From Candidatus Nitrosocosmicus sp. (GTDB lineage Archaea; Thermoproteota; Nitrososphaeria; Nitrososphaerales; Nitrososphaeraceae), in the NCBI GenBank assembly GCA_009379865.1, contig WHSX01000002.1, positions 1 to 45,672 on the forward strand: DNA of 45,672 bases, read 5' to 3'. How positions within the stretch are numbered: position 1 is the first letter of the stretch; each line of letters opens with the position of its first letter. The notes beneath the pieces are model-generated. The model was given only the letters and a program-made list of their open reading frames with translations. It did not search any database and had not been told where the DNA came from. Below, piece after piece: positions 19,352 to 29,336 of the stretch. A program made the translations under genes and the position numbers.

Positions 19352-19519
19352 GAGTTAGATGCATAAAATAAATAAATGGAATAATTATTAGTTTTTGTAT
19401 GTTATTCTATTCCATAAGATTACTCTAAAAAGATAGTTATCGGGATCATTCCAACACACTTATTTCTTCAAGATCTTATCCAAATTCTATCTTAATTCAT
19501 GTCAATAAATGCTAAGATC

Positions 19520-19557
19520 CTATTCAACCTTGAATCGTATCCCCACGCGCCCAGACT
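19520..19557 (+). repeat. ATCCCCAC-core site 8 (hybrid: Y + R1)
   Basis: CTATTCAACCTTGAATCGT-ATCCCCAC-GCGCCCAGACT. Confidence 0.9.
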
Positions 19558-19629
19558 AACTTTCACCATGATCAGGAAGTGTTATTACTAGAATGCTTAG
19601 TTAAATATTTTGTTTATTACATCATATTG

Positions 19630-20121
19630 ATGAAAAATATTTCCTTACTAGTATGTGTTCTATCTTTAGCATCTATATTATTTATGAATGCTATTACTTC
19701 TATTACTCTTGTTAATTCACAGTCTGGCGGAGGTCTTGAGATTACGCCTAGCGTTCAATGGAGTGAGAATGTAGAAGGGGGTTTTAGTTATTGTGTATAT
19801 GAAGGAACGGTCACACTGGATTCGGCAAATGATCCACAAGCATTCTGTATCGTTCCAAATTCTGATACGTCTTTTGAAAATATGCAATCTTTGGTAGACG
19901 ATGGTATTGGAACATACAAGATGGAGCCAATACAAACTCCAGCTGGTCTGTTTAAAGACGGTGCCCCATATTCTGTCTGCGTTACGTTTTCCCCGTTCTC
20001 ACCTCAAGAAGCTGGATTTAATACAGCAGAAAGTTGTCAACAATTCACAAATCAAAGAGGAGATCATCCAGAAGAACCGTTCATCAACCTTGATGACGGA
20101 TTATTTATAACAAATAATTAA
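19630..20121 (+). CDS. Secreted hypothetical protein
   Basis: ATG 19630 gives an MKNISLLVCVLSLASILF signal peptide; acidic mature domain with four Cys. Confidence 0.7.
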   Translation: MKNISLLVCVLSLASILFMNAITSITLVNSQSGGGLEITPSVQWSENVEGGFSYCVYEGTVTLDSANDPQAFCIVPNSDTSFENMQSLVDDGIGTYKMEPIQTPAGLFKDGAPYSVCVTFSPFSPQEAGFNTAESCQQFTNQRGDHPEEPFINLDDGLFITNN

Positions 20122-20254
20122 AGTCCTTTTAATCTATGTTTAATCTACGCTGCTGATTCTACACATCTTTAAGTATATTATAAATTTTGATTATTCAGGT
20201 CATCAACTAAAAGTAAATAATAGTAGGAAACGACTAATAAAAAATAAAAAAAAT

Positions 20255-20470
20255 TATGCTTTATCAGAGTGCAAAAGGAAAGCACACTGGGTTCAAAATA
20301 TTCTTCATGATCCTAAAATATCTTTTCAAGTAGATAATCAAGCTTTCAACGGCTATGGAAGGGTCATTGAAAATGTTGAAGAGTCAGATTTGATTCATTG
20401 AGTTTCACAGTTGATGGATAAGAAATATGGTTGGGGAGATGGATTAATAATGGAATTAAATTCTTCTTAA
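20255..20470 (+). pseudogene. Remnant of a deazaflavin-dependent nitroreductase-like (split-barrel) gene
   Basis: My translation: YALSECKRKAHWVQNILHDPKISFQV...LIH*VSQLMDKKYGWGDGLIMEL; internal TGA at 20399-20401, no start codon; absent from the ORF track. Confidence 0.6.
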
Positions 20471-20493
20471 CTTCATAAAAGATTGCATATATT

Positions 20494-21519
20494 TGCTTTG
20501 TCGCCTAACTCAATCTATTTAGCTGGTATTGCATAGATTAATTATTTGTGATAGACTGGCCTTCTTATAACCGATCATTAGTTCGACGTGGTGAGATCCT
20601 CTTCTCATATGATTTTCTTGATACTTGGGGTTACGAACTAGAAAGGATGAATGAAGGTAAGAAGGGTAAACCATTTGCATTTCCAGATTCTTTTATTCTT
20701 GTAATTGGTTACATCCGTTACTCATTTCATCTGCCCTATAGACAAACCGAAGGTATAATCAAAGCCACAGGAAAAAGTCTACCTACAAATCCACCCAGTT
20801 ATGGTCATATCTGCAAAAGAATCAACAAGTTGAACATCGATTTGAAAGAAGTTAGGACAGGTGTTAATGGTGATGGTGATGGTGACGACCTCATAATTGC
20901 AATAGATAGTACAGGTATTAAGGTAACAAATAGGGGCCAGTGGATGTATGACAAGTGGAACATAGGAGAGAATAAAGGTTATCTCAAAATCCATATTGCT
21001 GTAGATATAAAGATCAAGGAAATACTAGCACTAGAGGTAACTAATGAGAAAATTCACGATAGTAGAATGTTAAAGAAACTAGTCGATCGGGTTTTAAAGA
21101 TCGATCCTCTTCCGCCTCCTCCTCCTCGTAAGATAAGAATAAAGTCTGTTTTGGCCGACGGAGCTCATGATACAAATAAGAATTTCATGTATCTACAAAA
21201 GAATAGGATCAAACCAGGGATAAAGGGAAGAAAGAATTCCGTTATTTCACCCAAAAATAACAAGTTAAGGAATAAGGAAGTCAATGTACAATCAAAGGAT
21301 CTGATAAAATGGAAGAAGAAAAGAAAGTATGGACACAGATGGATGGCTGAAACGGTGTTTTCATCTATAAAGAGAATGTTTGGTGAGTATACATCAGCCA
21401 CTAGGTTTCAAAGCATGGTAAAGGAGATGACCATAAAGGTATCGTTGTATAACCTGTTTAGAAGAATATAACTATACAGGCATTATTGATTGAAGGACTA
21501 GGAATTACGCAACAGAGCA
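20494..21519 (+). mobile_element. IS5-family (IS903-like) insertion sequence
   Basis: Imperfect 18-bp terminal inverted repeats TGCTTTGTCGCCTAACTC (20494-20511) and GAATTACGCAACAGAGCA (21502-21519), 14/18 match; no target duplication seen. Confidence 0.85.
20548..21471 (+). CDS. IS5-family DDE transposase
   Basis: WPSYNRSLVRRGE, IAIDSTGIK, LKIHIAVD, LADGAHD, YGHRWMAETVFSSIKR. Confidence 0.95.
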   Translation: MIDWPSYNRSLVRRGEILFSYDFLDTWGYELERMNEGKKGKPFAFPDSFILVIGYIRYSFHLPYRQTEGIIKATGKSLPTNPPSYGHICKRINKLNIDLKEVRTGVNGDGDGDDLIIAIDSTGIKVTNRGQWMYDKWNIGENKGYLKIHIAVDIKIKEILALEVTNEKIHDSRMLKKLVDRVLKIDPLPPPPPRKIRIKSVLADGAHDTNKNFMYLQKNRIKPGIKGRKNSVISPKNNKLRNKEVNVQSKDLIKWKKKRKYGHRWMAETVFSSIKRMFGEYTSATRFQSMVKEMTIKVSLYNLFRRI

Positions 21520-21552
21520 TAAATAAGCTATCTTGTAAATTAAATCATATCG

Positions 21553-22773
21553 ATGAGTTATAGCATAAAAGAGGCCAGTACTACAAGACACGAGGAATCT
21601 AGAAATGTAGAAAATGTTCTTGTTATGCAAGGAGGAGGCTCTCTAGGGGCTTTCGCCTGTGGTGTATTTAAGGCATTAGTAAAACATAAAGTGCAAATTG
21701 ATATTGTTGCAGGCACTTCCATAGGTGCCGTCAACGCAGCTATAATAGTTGGAAGTAAATCCGGTCACCCAGAGAAAGATCTTGAAGACTTTTGGCTTGA
21801 AATTGGTGAGAGCAGCCTTGAAATTATACCAGATTTATGGGGCTATGGATGGGACAGCAGAGCAAGAAGGTACGTGCCTAAGACAATTTCATCAGCTTCT
21901 GTAAACGCAGCTTTTTTCGGAGTCCCCAAAATGTTTGTGCCAAGATGGCAATGGTGGAATACAAGCAAAAACTTTCATACTCTCATGGGTGGACTCGAAG
22001 AACAGTATTTTGATCCTAGAAATTGGACGTTCATGTATGACCACTCCCCTTTAGTAGGGACTTTAGAAAAATACATAGACTATGGAAAATTAAATCTTGC
22101 AGCAACCAAAGAAGAGTTGCCTTCCGTTTTGAGGCTAATAATAACGGCAGTGGATGTTATGACGGCCAGGCCGCTTATTTTTGATAATACATTGATGAAA
22201 ATAGAACCAGAACATATTCTAGCAAGTTCAGGTTATCCAATATATGGATTTCCTTGGATAGATTTAGGTAATAACGTCAAAGCATGGGATGGAAGCTTAC
22301 TTAGCAATACTCCAATAAGAGAAGTAATCTATGTATCACCACGGAATGACAAAAATATTTTCATAGTTGAAAACTATCCACAAAAAATCGATAGACTTCC
22401 CTCCAATTTCATAGAAGTGGCAAATAGATATAAGGACATTTTATTTTGTGACAAAGATATTCAAAGCATTAAGAATGCAAAATTAGTTACTAGACATATA
22501 AAACTAATAGAGAAGCTATATGATATATTTGAAAAACAAGTTGATCATTCCAAAATAGGCAACAAGGAAATAAATGACATTCAAAGTGAATATAAAAACT
22601 TGATTGAAAGTTACGGAGCAGAAATTAAGTCTGTTACTAGAATAATTAGAAGTGAAATTGAATCCCCATCAATCTTAAAGAATAGTGATTTTTCTAGCAG
22701 AACGATTAGAGAGTTGATAGATCAAGGCGAAAGTAAAACTGAAGAAAAGTTAGAAAAGTTAAGTAGAAATTAG
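21553..22773 (+). CDS. Patatin-like phospholipase
   Basis: QGGGSLGAF, GTSIG nucleophile elbow, WDGSLLSN. Confidence 0.9.
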   Translation: MSYSIKEASTTRHEESRNVENVLVMQGGGSLGAFACGVFKALVKHKVQIDIVAGTSIGAVNAAIIVGSKSGHPEKDLEDFWLEIGESSLEIIPDLWGYGWDSRARRYVPKTISSASVNAAFFGVPKMFVPRWQWWNTSKNFHTLMGGLEEQYFDPRNWTFMYDHSPLVGTLEKYIDYGKLNLAATKEELPSVLRLIITAVDVMTARPLIFDNTLMKIEPEHILASSGYPIYGFPWIDLGNNVKAWDGSLLSNTPIREVIYVSPRNDKNIFIVENYPQKIDRLPSNFIEVANRYKDILFCDKDIQSIKNAKLVTRHIKLIEKLYDIFEKQVDHSKIGNKEINDIQSEYKNLIESYGAEIKSVTRIIRSEIESPSILKNSDFSSRTIRELIDQGESKTEEKLEKLSRN

Positions 22774-23039
22774 CAAAAATCTTTAACAGTAAATACTTAT
22801 TCTATATGTCATTTAGGTTCCTAAAAATGATAACAATAGATATTCCTAATCTGATACTACTCTGATAAAAGTTGTTAGATAGACTTCATTAGGATAATCT
22901 TCAATGATTACTTTCTAAAAATACTGTCATGGTACTTTATGACAGTAATATAAAAATTTGTCAACATATTTGTCAATAGATAATCGCATTTTTCATCCTT
23001 CCTTATCAATCTTTCAGATATCAAAAAAATATGAAAAAA

Positions 23040-25466
23040 TCATCCAATATCCTTTTTTATATCATCAAATTCTATAATGGCCATGTTAGATAGTATTTTA
23101 GTACCTTCAAGAAAAAATAGTGTGTGTTCCACTGTATGGGATTTTAAATTCAATGAGACTCTACCTATATTATTATTCGCTAACACAGGAGTAGTACCCG
23201 GGCCATTGGGTGTTACAAGCATTCTAGACTCCCTCCAATTTGGAATTCGCTCAGCGGTCTCCCCAATCTTGGCAATAAAATAACGATAAATCATACTCGT
23301 AAAGATAGTCTTTATTTTAAAGGGAAACGATACTTCTTTTCCATGTTTTGAATAATTTGGATTTCCTTTATTTGATCCGTTATCTACCTTTAATTCTTTT
23401 GAAGTTTTTGGATTATTATAACCAGGGTCATAAGATGTATCAAGAAAGCCTACGCGTGATACCAATTTCCTAGTTATGATGATTTTATGTACCAAATTTA
23501 GAATCATTATTGCTAATTTTCTCTTTGTCAAGCTATTGCTTCGCAAAGGGCTAGCAGTCAATTGAGCCACTGGTAAGGATGATAACATCGAGATATTATT
23601 TCCCAAATCAAGAGCAGATTGCTTTGGAGGCTCCACTGCAATGAATTGATCAAATTTTGCTTTCATTGTAAAGGCGTAATGAACATCCCCTGATAAAATA
23701 ATACAATAATCAGGGTTAAACGTGTTAGACACAAAAGCCAATAACTTTATGAATCCCGCTTCATTAGCTCTCCAAGTTTCAAGATCCCACTTATAAGTTC
23801 CTGAAATTGAGGTCAGAAATCTTTGAACGCTTTCAGCATGTTCAAAACCAAAAACTGGTGTCGGAGATATGATGACGAGCGGGTCACCTCGGTTATACCC
23901 AGAGTCATAAACCTCAGATTCAATGTAATCTAAGACTTCATCATTTAATAATAGCGGAGGTCCATCAGGATTTACGAATTCTCTCTGTGTTCTACGATCT
24001 AAAAATATGGAAAGTGGATAAGTAGGAGCAACGTACGTCCATTTTTTATAATTCCAAATTCCATCCTCCATTATTTGTATTTTATCAATTTCATTGTCTT
24101 GAGTGTCATTATACAAACTTGAACTCTTGAAAGTTTTATCATAATGGAACAAACTCTTTTGTTTTTTTAAATCAAGATATATCCTGATTGTTTCAACAAA
24201 CTCATCATCAAATGAATCGGGATCGTTCCCCCAAGCCTGAAAAGCCCAATAAGCGATAAGACCATTAATTATTATTTGAGATCCGCTCTCACTGTTCCTC
24301 ACGGAGTTGTGCCATTTCCGATCTATGTTCCAATCGTCAGTAATTTCATGATCATCGCAAATCATATAAGTAGGCACATTAGCAAGTAGCCTTCTAATTT
24401 TTCGAATACTTTTGCGACTTTGTTCAAGATCCCTAAGTTCTTTTTCATACTGTTTTTCTGATCCCGAACTTTGTAATTTTGCCAGATAGGAATTAAATTC
24501 TTTGGGCCAAATCAAAGAATTCCATGCAACTAAATACATTGCAGCAAATTCGCCAAATCCTAGTAAGTGATTGTCAGACACTTCTGAAGTAAAGTGAGCT
24601 TTAGTACTCACTATTTGCCTTCGACCACCAATAGGTATATCTTCTATATTCTTATCTATTCCATCAACAACTTCTCGCCATCCAAGTAGTTCGTTTGACA
24701 ACCGCCCTAGATACCCAATTAAAGGTCCGGCTACGTCATCAGCATAAATTTGATCACCTATTAGAAATAGTGAGCTTGGTCTTTTCTGCAGATTAGAAAT
24801 AGAAGAAGCAAGAAGCTTATCTCCTATAATCAAACTATCTTCATCATTGCCGTGTAGTTTTCTACAAGAACCGTAGAGAATATTTAGTTGAGATCCATTT
24901 TTCCCAACAGGAATATAGAATGTAGGTAATGAAAACAAGTAAGGTGATGACTTGTCTTTATGTTCATTGAGATTGTACAGTTCATCAGAAATAGAACAAT
25001 CATAAAGTATGGTATTTTCTCCAGATAGCAATCCCAGGTTTTTGAGGCGTAATCCTTTCTCTTCGCTTTCTTTAGATAAAAAAAGTTCCATATCATATGC
25101 AAGGATCTCATCTGTGGGAAAATTGGATAATAAGTTTGGCTTAGCAGATTCATGAGGTTCGTTTAGAGAAAACGGTCTGGCAATTATAAGGCTCACATAC
25201 AGGTTATCGCCCAGTTTTAGAGAAGCCCTATGATCACTACCTATGATTTGCATATCAGGTTGAGAGAAGCCTGGCCCAAGTTTTTTATCTATATTTTCAT
25301 CGACATCTCCGCTTGGGACGAAGATGCTATTTGACTCTTTGAATTTGAATATATCTACTCTTGCAGATACGGCTTTGCTCGTGGCTATCCAAATACACAC
25401 CTGTGTTTTGTCAACTCGACGAATAATGGGCCCAGCCAGTAATAGAGGCACAGTGGATTTCGTCAC
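23040..25466 (-). CDS. PhoD-like metallophosphatase (no obvious signal peptide)
   Basis: LAGPIIRR, GSCRKLHG, GDQIYADD, DDHEITDDWN, LSGDVHYAF. Confidence 0.85.
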   Translation of the reverse strand: MTKSTVPLLLAGPIIRRVDKTQVCIWIATSKAVSARVDIFKFKESNSIFVPSGDVDENIDKKLGPGFSQPDMQIIGSDHRASLKLGDNLYVSLIIARPFSLNEPHESAKPNLLSNFPTDEILAYDMELFLSKESEEKGLRLKNLGLLSGENTILYDCSISDELYNLNEHKDKSSPYLFSLPTFYIPVGKNGSQLNILYGSCRKLHGNDEDSLIIGDKLLASSISNLQKRPSSLFLIGDQIYADDVAGPLIGYLGRLSNELLGWREVVDGIDKNIEDIPIGGRRQIVSTKAHFTSEVSDNHLLGFGEFAAMYLVAWNSLIWPKEFNSYLAKLQSSGSEKQYEKELRDLEQSRKSIRKIRRLLANVPTYMICDDHEITDDWNIDRKWHNSVRNSESGSQIIINGLIAYWAFQAWGNDPDSFDDEFVETIRIYLDLKKQKSLFHYDKTFKSSSLYNDTQDNEIDKIQIMEDGIWNYKKWTYVAPTYPLSIFLDRRTQREFVNPDGPPLLLNDEVLDYIESEVYDSGYNRGDPLVIISPTPVFGFEHAESVQRFLTSISGTYKWDLETWRANEAGFIKLLAFVSNTFNPDYCIILSGDVHYAFTMKAKFDQFIAVEPPKQSALDLGNNISMLSSLPVAQLTASPLRSNSLTKRKLAIMILNLVHKIIITRKLVSRVGFLDTSYDPGYNNPKTSKELKVDNGSNKGNPNYSKHGKEVSFPFKIKTIFTSMIYRYFIAKIGETAERIPNWRESRMLVTPNGPGTTPVLANNNIGRVSLNLKSHTVEHTLFFLEGTKILSNMAIIEFDDIKKDIG

Positions 25467-26774
25467 GCTAAACCGATCCGGTTATCAAATTTCTAAAAAT
25501 CCAATTACGATCTCAATTGTATTTTCTCAGACTGATAATGAAGTCATATTCTTTTTACAACTATGACTATTAATTCTTATAAAAAGTTATTATTCAAAAA
25601 TGAATTAATGGAAAACGGATACAACAAGAATCCCCTTTATGGATGTTTGATTTGAGGTTTACGCCAAATTCATTAGGCTTAGTTTAGAGAAATTAGAAAT
25701 TTTGATGTTGATCCTAATATGAAGTATTTGAATGGTTTGTTATGGAAAATATACTTATTGCATAAAGCAGAATTGTTCCCAATTAGGAAACAATAATAAG
25801 TTTTTGTACTTTATTGCAAATCAAGTTCTAAGCGCCATCTAGAGGTTAAAATATTATCAAAAAACAAACCCACTTTGACTGATTGGGTGACAATATTCAT
25901 ATATTCCATCCTTCTCTACAACATTGATAAATCCAAAACTAAGAAGCCCAGGGGTGCTCTAAATCCTTTTCTTATCGATCGTGGCCTTGAATTTGTTTTA
26001 CCTACAATATTGCCTTAGCTAATCCTTTCTCTTCAAATATTCCTTTTATAAGAAAAATCATCAAAGTAGGGAGCAATTATACGATTCAAATTGACAACGT
26101 TATGGAAGTTGGACTGGTATTTCTTGATACTCGCATAAAAGATTCCCAGATATTAGATGATGCTACTCGTTTAATGGCAGTACTATGCCCTGTACGTTCT
26201 TCTGCCTTATTCTTTCCTGATTTGTATTCACTCCCTCCAATTAACGGAACTGTTACGAAGAATAAAGTGTCCTTGTGTATTGTCAAAAATTTGATAGTCA
26301 TAGTAACGAACATTTGATTAGTCTGAATGAGCAATAGGTCAAAGCAAAGCTGGCCATTTTTGATAAAGCTGTATGTTCAATGCACAAGTTTACAGATAAG
26401 ATGTGCTTTACTCGAAATATGTTGATCATTATTTTCTCTTCTGGCCTCAATTGTGTGTCATGACAATTTTTTATTCGGTTCGATCTCTTAGGAATGTTTA
26501 TACATTCTAATACTTTATAATTGCAAAATTGTTTTTATTTGATTTGATAGTTATGCGCAGGCTTTGTTTTCTTTTAACAATTTTTAATAGTAAAATTGAC
26601 TTTGGTTCAACATCTTATTAGGATAAACTAGCATTCATCCCCACATTTTCTAACCATTCTATGACCCCAACCAATCATAGAATTCAACCCCTAATGTTTA
26701 GAGCACTATCAGAACCATACTAACAATTGATCACTGTAAAGTCATTCTGGACATCTATAAGAATCAAAATAGGC

Positions 26775-27464
26775 TCAAATATCAAAATGATGTTTCCTCA
26801 TTATTTTCTTTACAGTTTCGTCACTTACTTGATCAAAGTCTCTGTAAAATTGACCGACTGCAGAAAAAGCTACTTCCATATGCAAAATTACAACTTTGTC
26901 AGCTATGTTTGCAAGTTTATTCACAGTTTCATCTCTGGCGGGGGCTACAGGTACTGCAACAACAACTTGCTTGCAATTACAATTATTTTTTACCCATTCT
27001 GCTGAGGCGATAATGGTTGATCCTGTTGCTATTCCATCATCAACTAGCACAACAACCTTTCCCTCGAATTTATCCTGATAGGAAACATCGCCTCTAAATT
27101 CCATTAAGCGTCTCTTGATTTCTTTTTTTTGAAAATCTATCTCCTTTTCTAAATAAGCTTGGGAAATATTGAAAAGGCGTGCAATACGTTCATTCAAAAA
27201 ATAGCTTCCGTCAGGCATCATTGCACCTATTGCTAATTCTTCATTGAATTCAGCCCTTATCTTTCTAGAAATGATAACATCCAAATTACATTGAAAATGG
27301 TTTGCTATGATGTCACCCAATATGATACCACCTCGTGGTATCGCTAAAACTATTAACTCATTTGCAGCATTAGATAAACTTATTTGATTTTTTTTCAGCA
27401 TCTCTGCTAACTCTTTAGCTAGCTCGTGTCCAGCTTGCTCCCGATCCTGAAACAAGACACTCAT
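26775..27464 (-). CDS. Type I phosphoribosyltransferase family protein
   Basis: FQDREQAG, LAIPRGG, VLVDDGIATGST PRPP loop, AVGQFYRDFDQVSD. Confidence 0.9.
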   Translation of the reverse strand: MSVLFQDREQAGHELAKELAEMLKKNQISLSNAANELIVLAIPRGGIILGDIIANHFQCNLDVIISRKIRAEFNEELAIGAMMPDGSYFLNERIARLFNISQAYLEKEIDFQKKEIKRRLMEFRGDVSYQDKFEGKVVVLVDDGIATGSTIIASAEWVKNNCNCKQVVVAVPVAPARDETVNKLANIADKVVILHMEVAFSAVGQFYRDFDQVSDETVKKIMRKHHFDI

Positions 27465-27762
27465 AATATTACATATCCAATTCTATTATTAAAATGAACC
27501 TAGAGCACTGGGAACACTTTGTTGAATGTAGTCTAAATATACATATTCATTAATATTTCAATTGATTTATGCTAAAATTTGGTTCCTACATTATAGTTAA
27601 AATCAATATTATGTTTCAAAAGAATTTCATGTAGGGACTGAACCAAATTACACATGCTTCGGGCTTAATTCGCAAACGTTGTAGTAATTCATCGGGCGAA
27701 CCTCTCTTGGTCCAAAACAGCATCAAGGTAACAAACTAATTTAGGATATACTGTAGAAAGAC

Positions 27763-28089
27763 ATGGATAAAATTTTTGACCTTGATTCAATACTGTTAAA
27801 TCTAGATAAAAAAGGAGATTCGGCTTATTTCTTAGATTTTTTACACAACAGTAGTTTTGAAGTTGGAGTACTTAGACTAAATCCAGGTCAAAAGGACATA
27901 CAGGGACTTCATTCTGAAGATGAACTCTATTTTGTTATGGAAGGTAAAGGATATATCAACATGGTAGAAAAAAATTATGAAGTAAGAAAAGGTTCTTGTA
28001 TTTTTGTTCCCTCAAAAACTGAACATTATTTCCATGGAAACAAGGAACGGCTAGTAGTTTTGTACGTATTTAATGTTTCAAAAAGTTGA
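27763..28089 (+). CDS. Cupin domain protein
   Basis: DIQGLHSEDELYFVMEGKG and IFVPSKTEHYFH. Confidence 0.88.
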   Translation: MDKIFDLDSILLNLDKKGDSAYFLDFLHNSSFEVGVLRLNPGQKDIQGLHSEDELYFVMEGKGYINMVEKNYEVRKGSCIFVPSKTEHYFHGNKERLVVLYVFNVSKS

Positions 28090-28309
28090 TTCAAATTCAA
28101 ACGACTTATAGGAAAAAAGATGTATTGATTCTCTGTTACTCAATCAAATATCCCGATAAAACCTCTTACAACCAAAAGTCAACAGTCGCTGACACAAATT
28201 TACCATTTTTTATTACACTTATTTTTTATCTTAGGATCTCAATATTCAAAATAATGTGGCATTAAATACATATGATGACGGTAGGTCTCGATAATAATTC
28301 AACTGTTAT

Positions 28310-29194
28310 TTAATTTGGTGACATCATATCGCCAATTCGTGTTACCCTATCCTCCGGATTATATTGATTAACTACCTCAGACAACGGCATTCTTTTTCCT
28401 CCAACTATTTTGATATCAATCTCGATTTTCCCATCCTCTCCTATATCTATAATATTATAGGTATCCTCAAAAACCCCTCTATATCTCCAAGAGCAAGCTG
28501 TGCCGGCATATACTATTTTCATTTTACCTAGATTCCATATCCAAGGTCTGTGCTTATGACCGCAAATGACAATATCGACATCATTAGCGAGACACGTCCT
28601 CAAAACATCACCTGCATCAGATATCCCCACTACATTTGTATAACCTGTATCAGGTATGGCAATCAAGTGGTGATGCATTGCAACAATTTTGATTATTGTC
28701 TTATTCTTAATTTGAGGTTGCTGCTGCTCATGCTGATGTTTCAGATCAGTATTAGGTCTAGGAATGTGATATTTTTTTAGAATCTTGTTTAACCATAGGT
28801 TTTGTCTAAATCCAACTTCACCTTCATCTCTATCTGCTCTTGCGGTTCCAACAGTAGTAACAATTACTGTTTGATTCTTGTTTTTTGGATTATTATACTT
28901 ATAAACCCTCGAGCCGCTTGGTGCAGAAACAGGAAAGAATTGTCTAAATAAAAGATAACCTGTATGTCTATAATCATGGTTCCCTGGAAAAATTATTTGA
29001 TTCTTACATGAAAATTTTTTTATTTCTTGCTGTGCCTGTTCGAATTGAAAGAATAATCCGTCATCAGTTAAATCTCCTGATATAATAATGACATCGGGTC
29101 TTAAATCATTATTAACCTCATCGACTAAAGTATCAAAAGTATCCTTTTTGAATAAACCACCAATATGCAAGTCTGATATTTGAACAAATCTCAT
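28310..29194 (-). CDS. Calcineurin-like metallophosphoesterase (Icc/CpdA-like)
   Basis: SDLH, GDLTD, GNHD, MHHH and GHKH motifs. Confidence 0.9.
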   Translation of the reverse strand: MRFVQISDLHIGGLFKKDTFDTLVDEVNNDLRPDVIIISGDLTDDGLFFQFEQAQQEIKKFSCKNQIIFPGNHDYRHTGYLLFRQFFPVSAPSGSRVYKYNNPKNKNQTVIVTTVGTARADRDEGEVGFRQNLWLNKILKKYHIPRPNTDLKHQHEQQQPQIKNKTIIKIVAMHHHLIAIPDTGYTNVVGISDAGDVLRTCLANDVDIVICGHKHRPWIWNLGKMKIVYAGTACSWRYRGVFEDTYNIIDIGEDGKIEIDIKIVGGKRMPLSEVVNQYNPEDRVTRIGDMMSPN

Positions 29195-29336
29195 AGTAGT
29201 ATCCTATTAAATATTTTAAAAGCTAACGTTAAATACTTTCACAAAAAAAGATGAACATCGTTATTCAAATTGATTGATTCTCATCACGTGTATATCATTA
29301 CTACCATTAGCTAATCACCCTCATCCAAAGTCAAGG

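Noticed and set aside
1055..19557. CRISPR interpretation of the ATCCCCACGCG repeats (resemble half of some type I-E repeats)
   Set aside because: Spacing is 123-6760 bp with genes in between, the palindromic half is missing, and no cas genes are present.
26637..26644. Ninth ATCCCCAC occurrence
   Set aside because: No X, Y or R arm around it; compatible with chance.
25567..26774. Short ORFs 26086-26334 and 26102-26317 in a long intergenic gap
   Set aside because: They overlap on opposite strands and show no motif; possibly decayed sequence, but unsupported.
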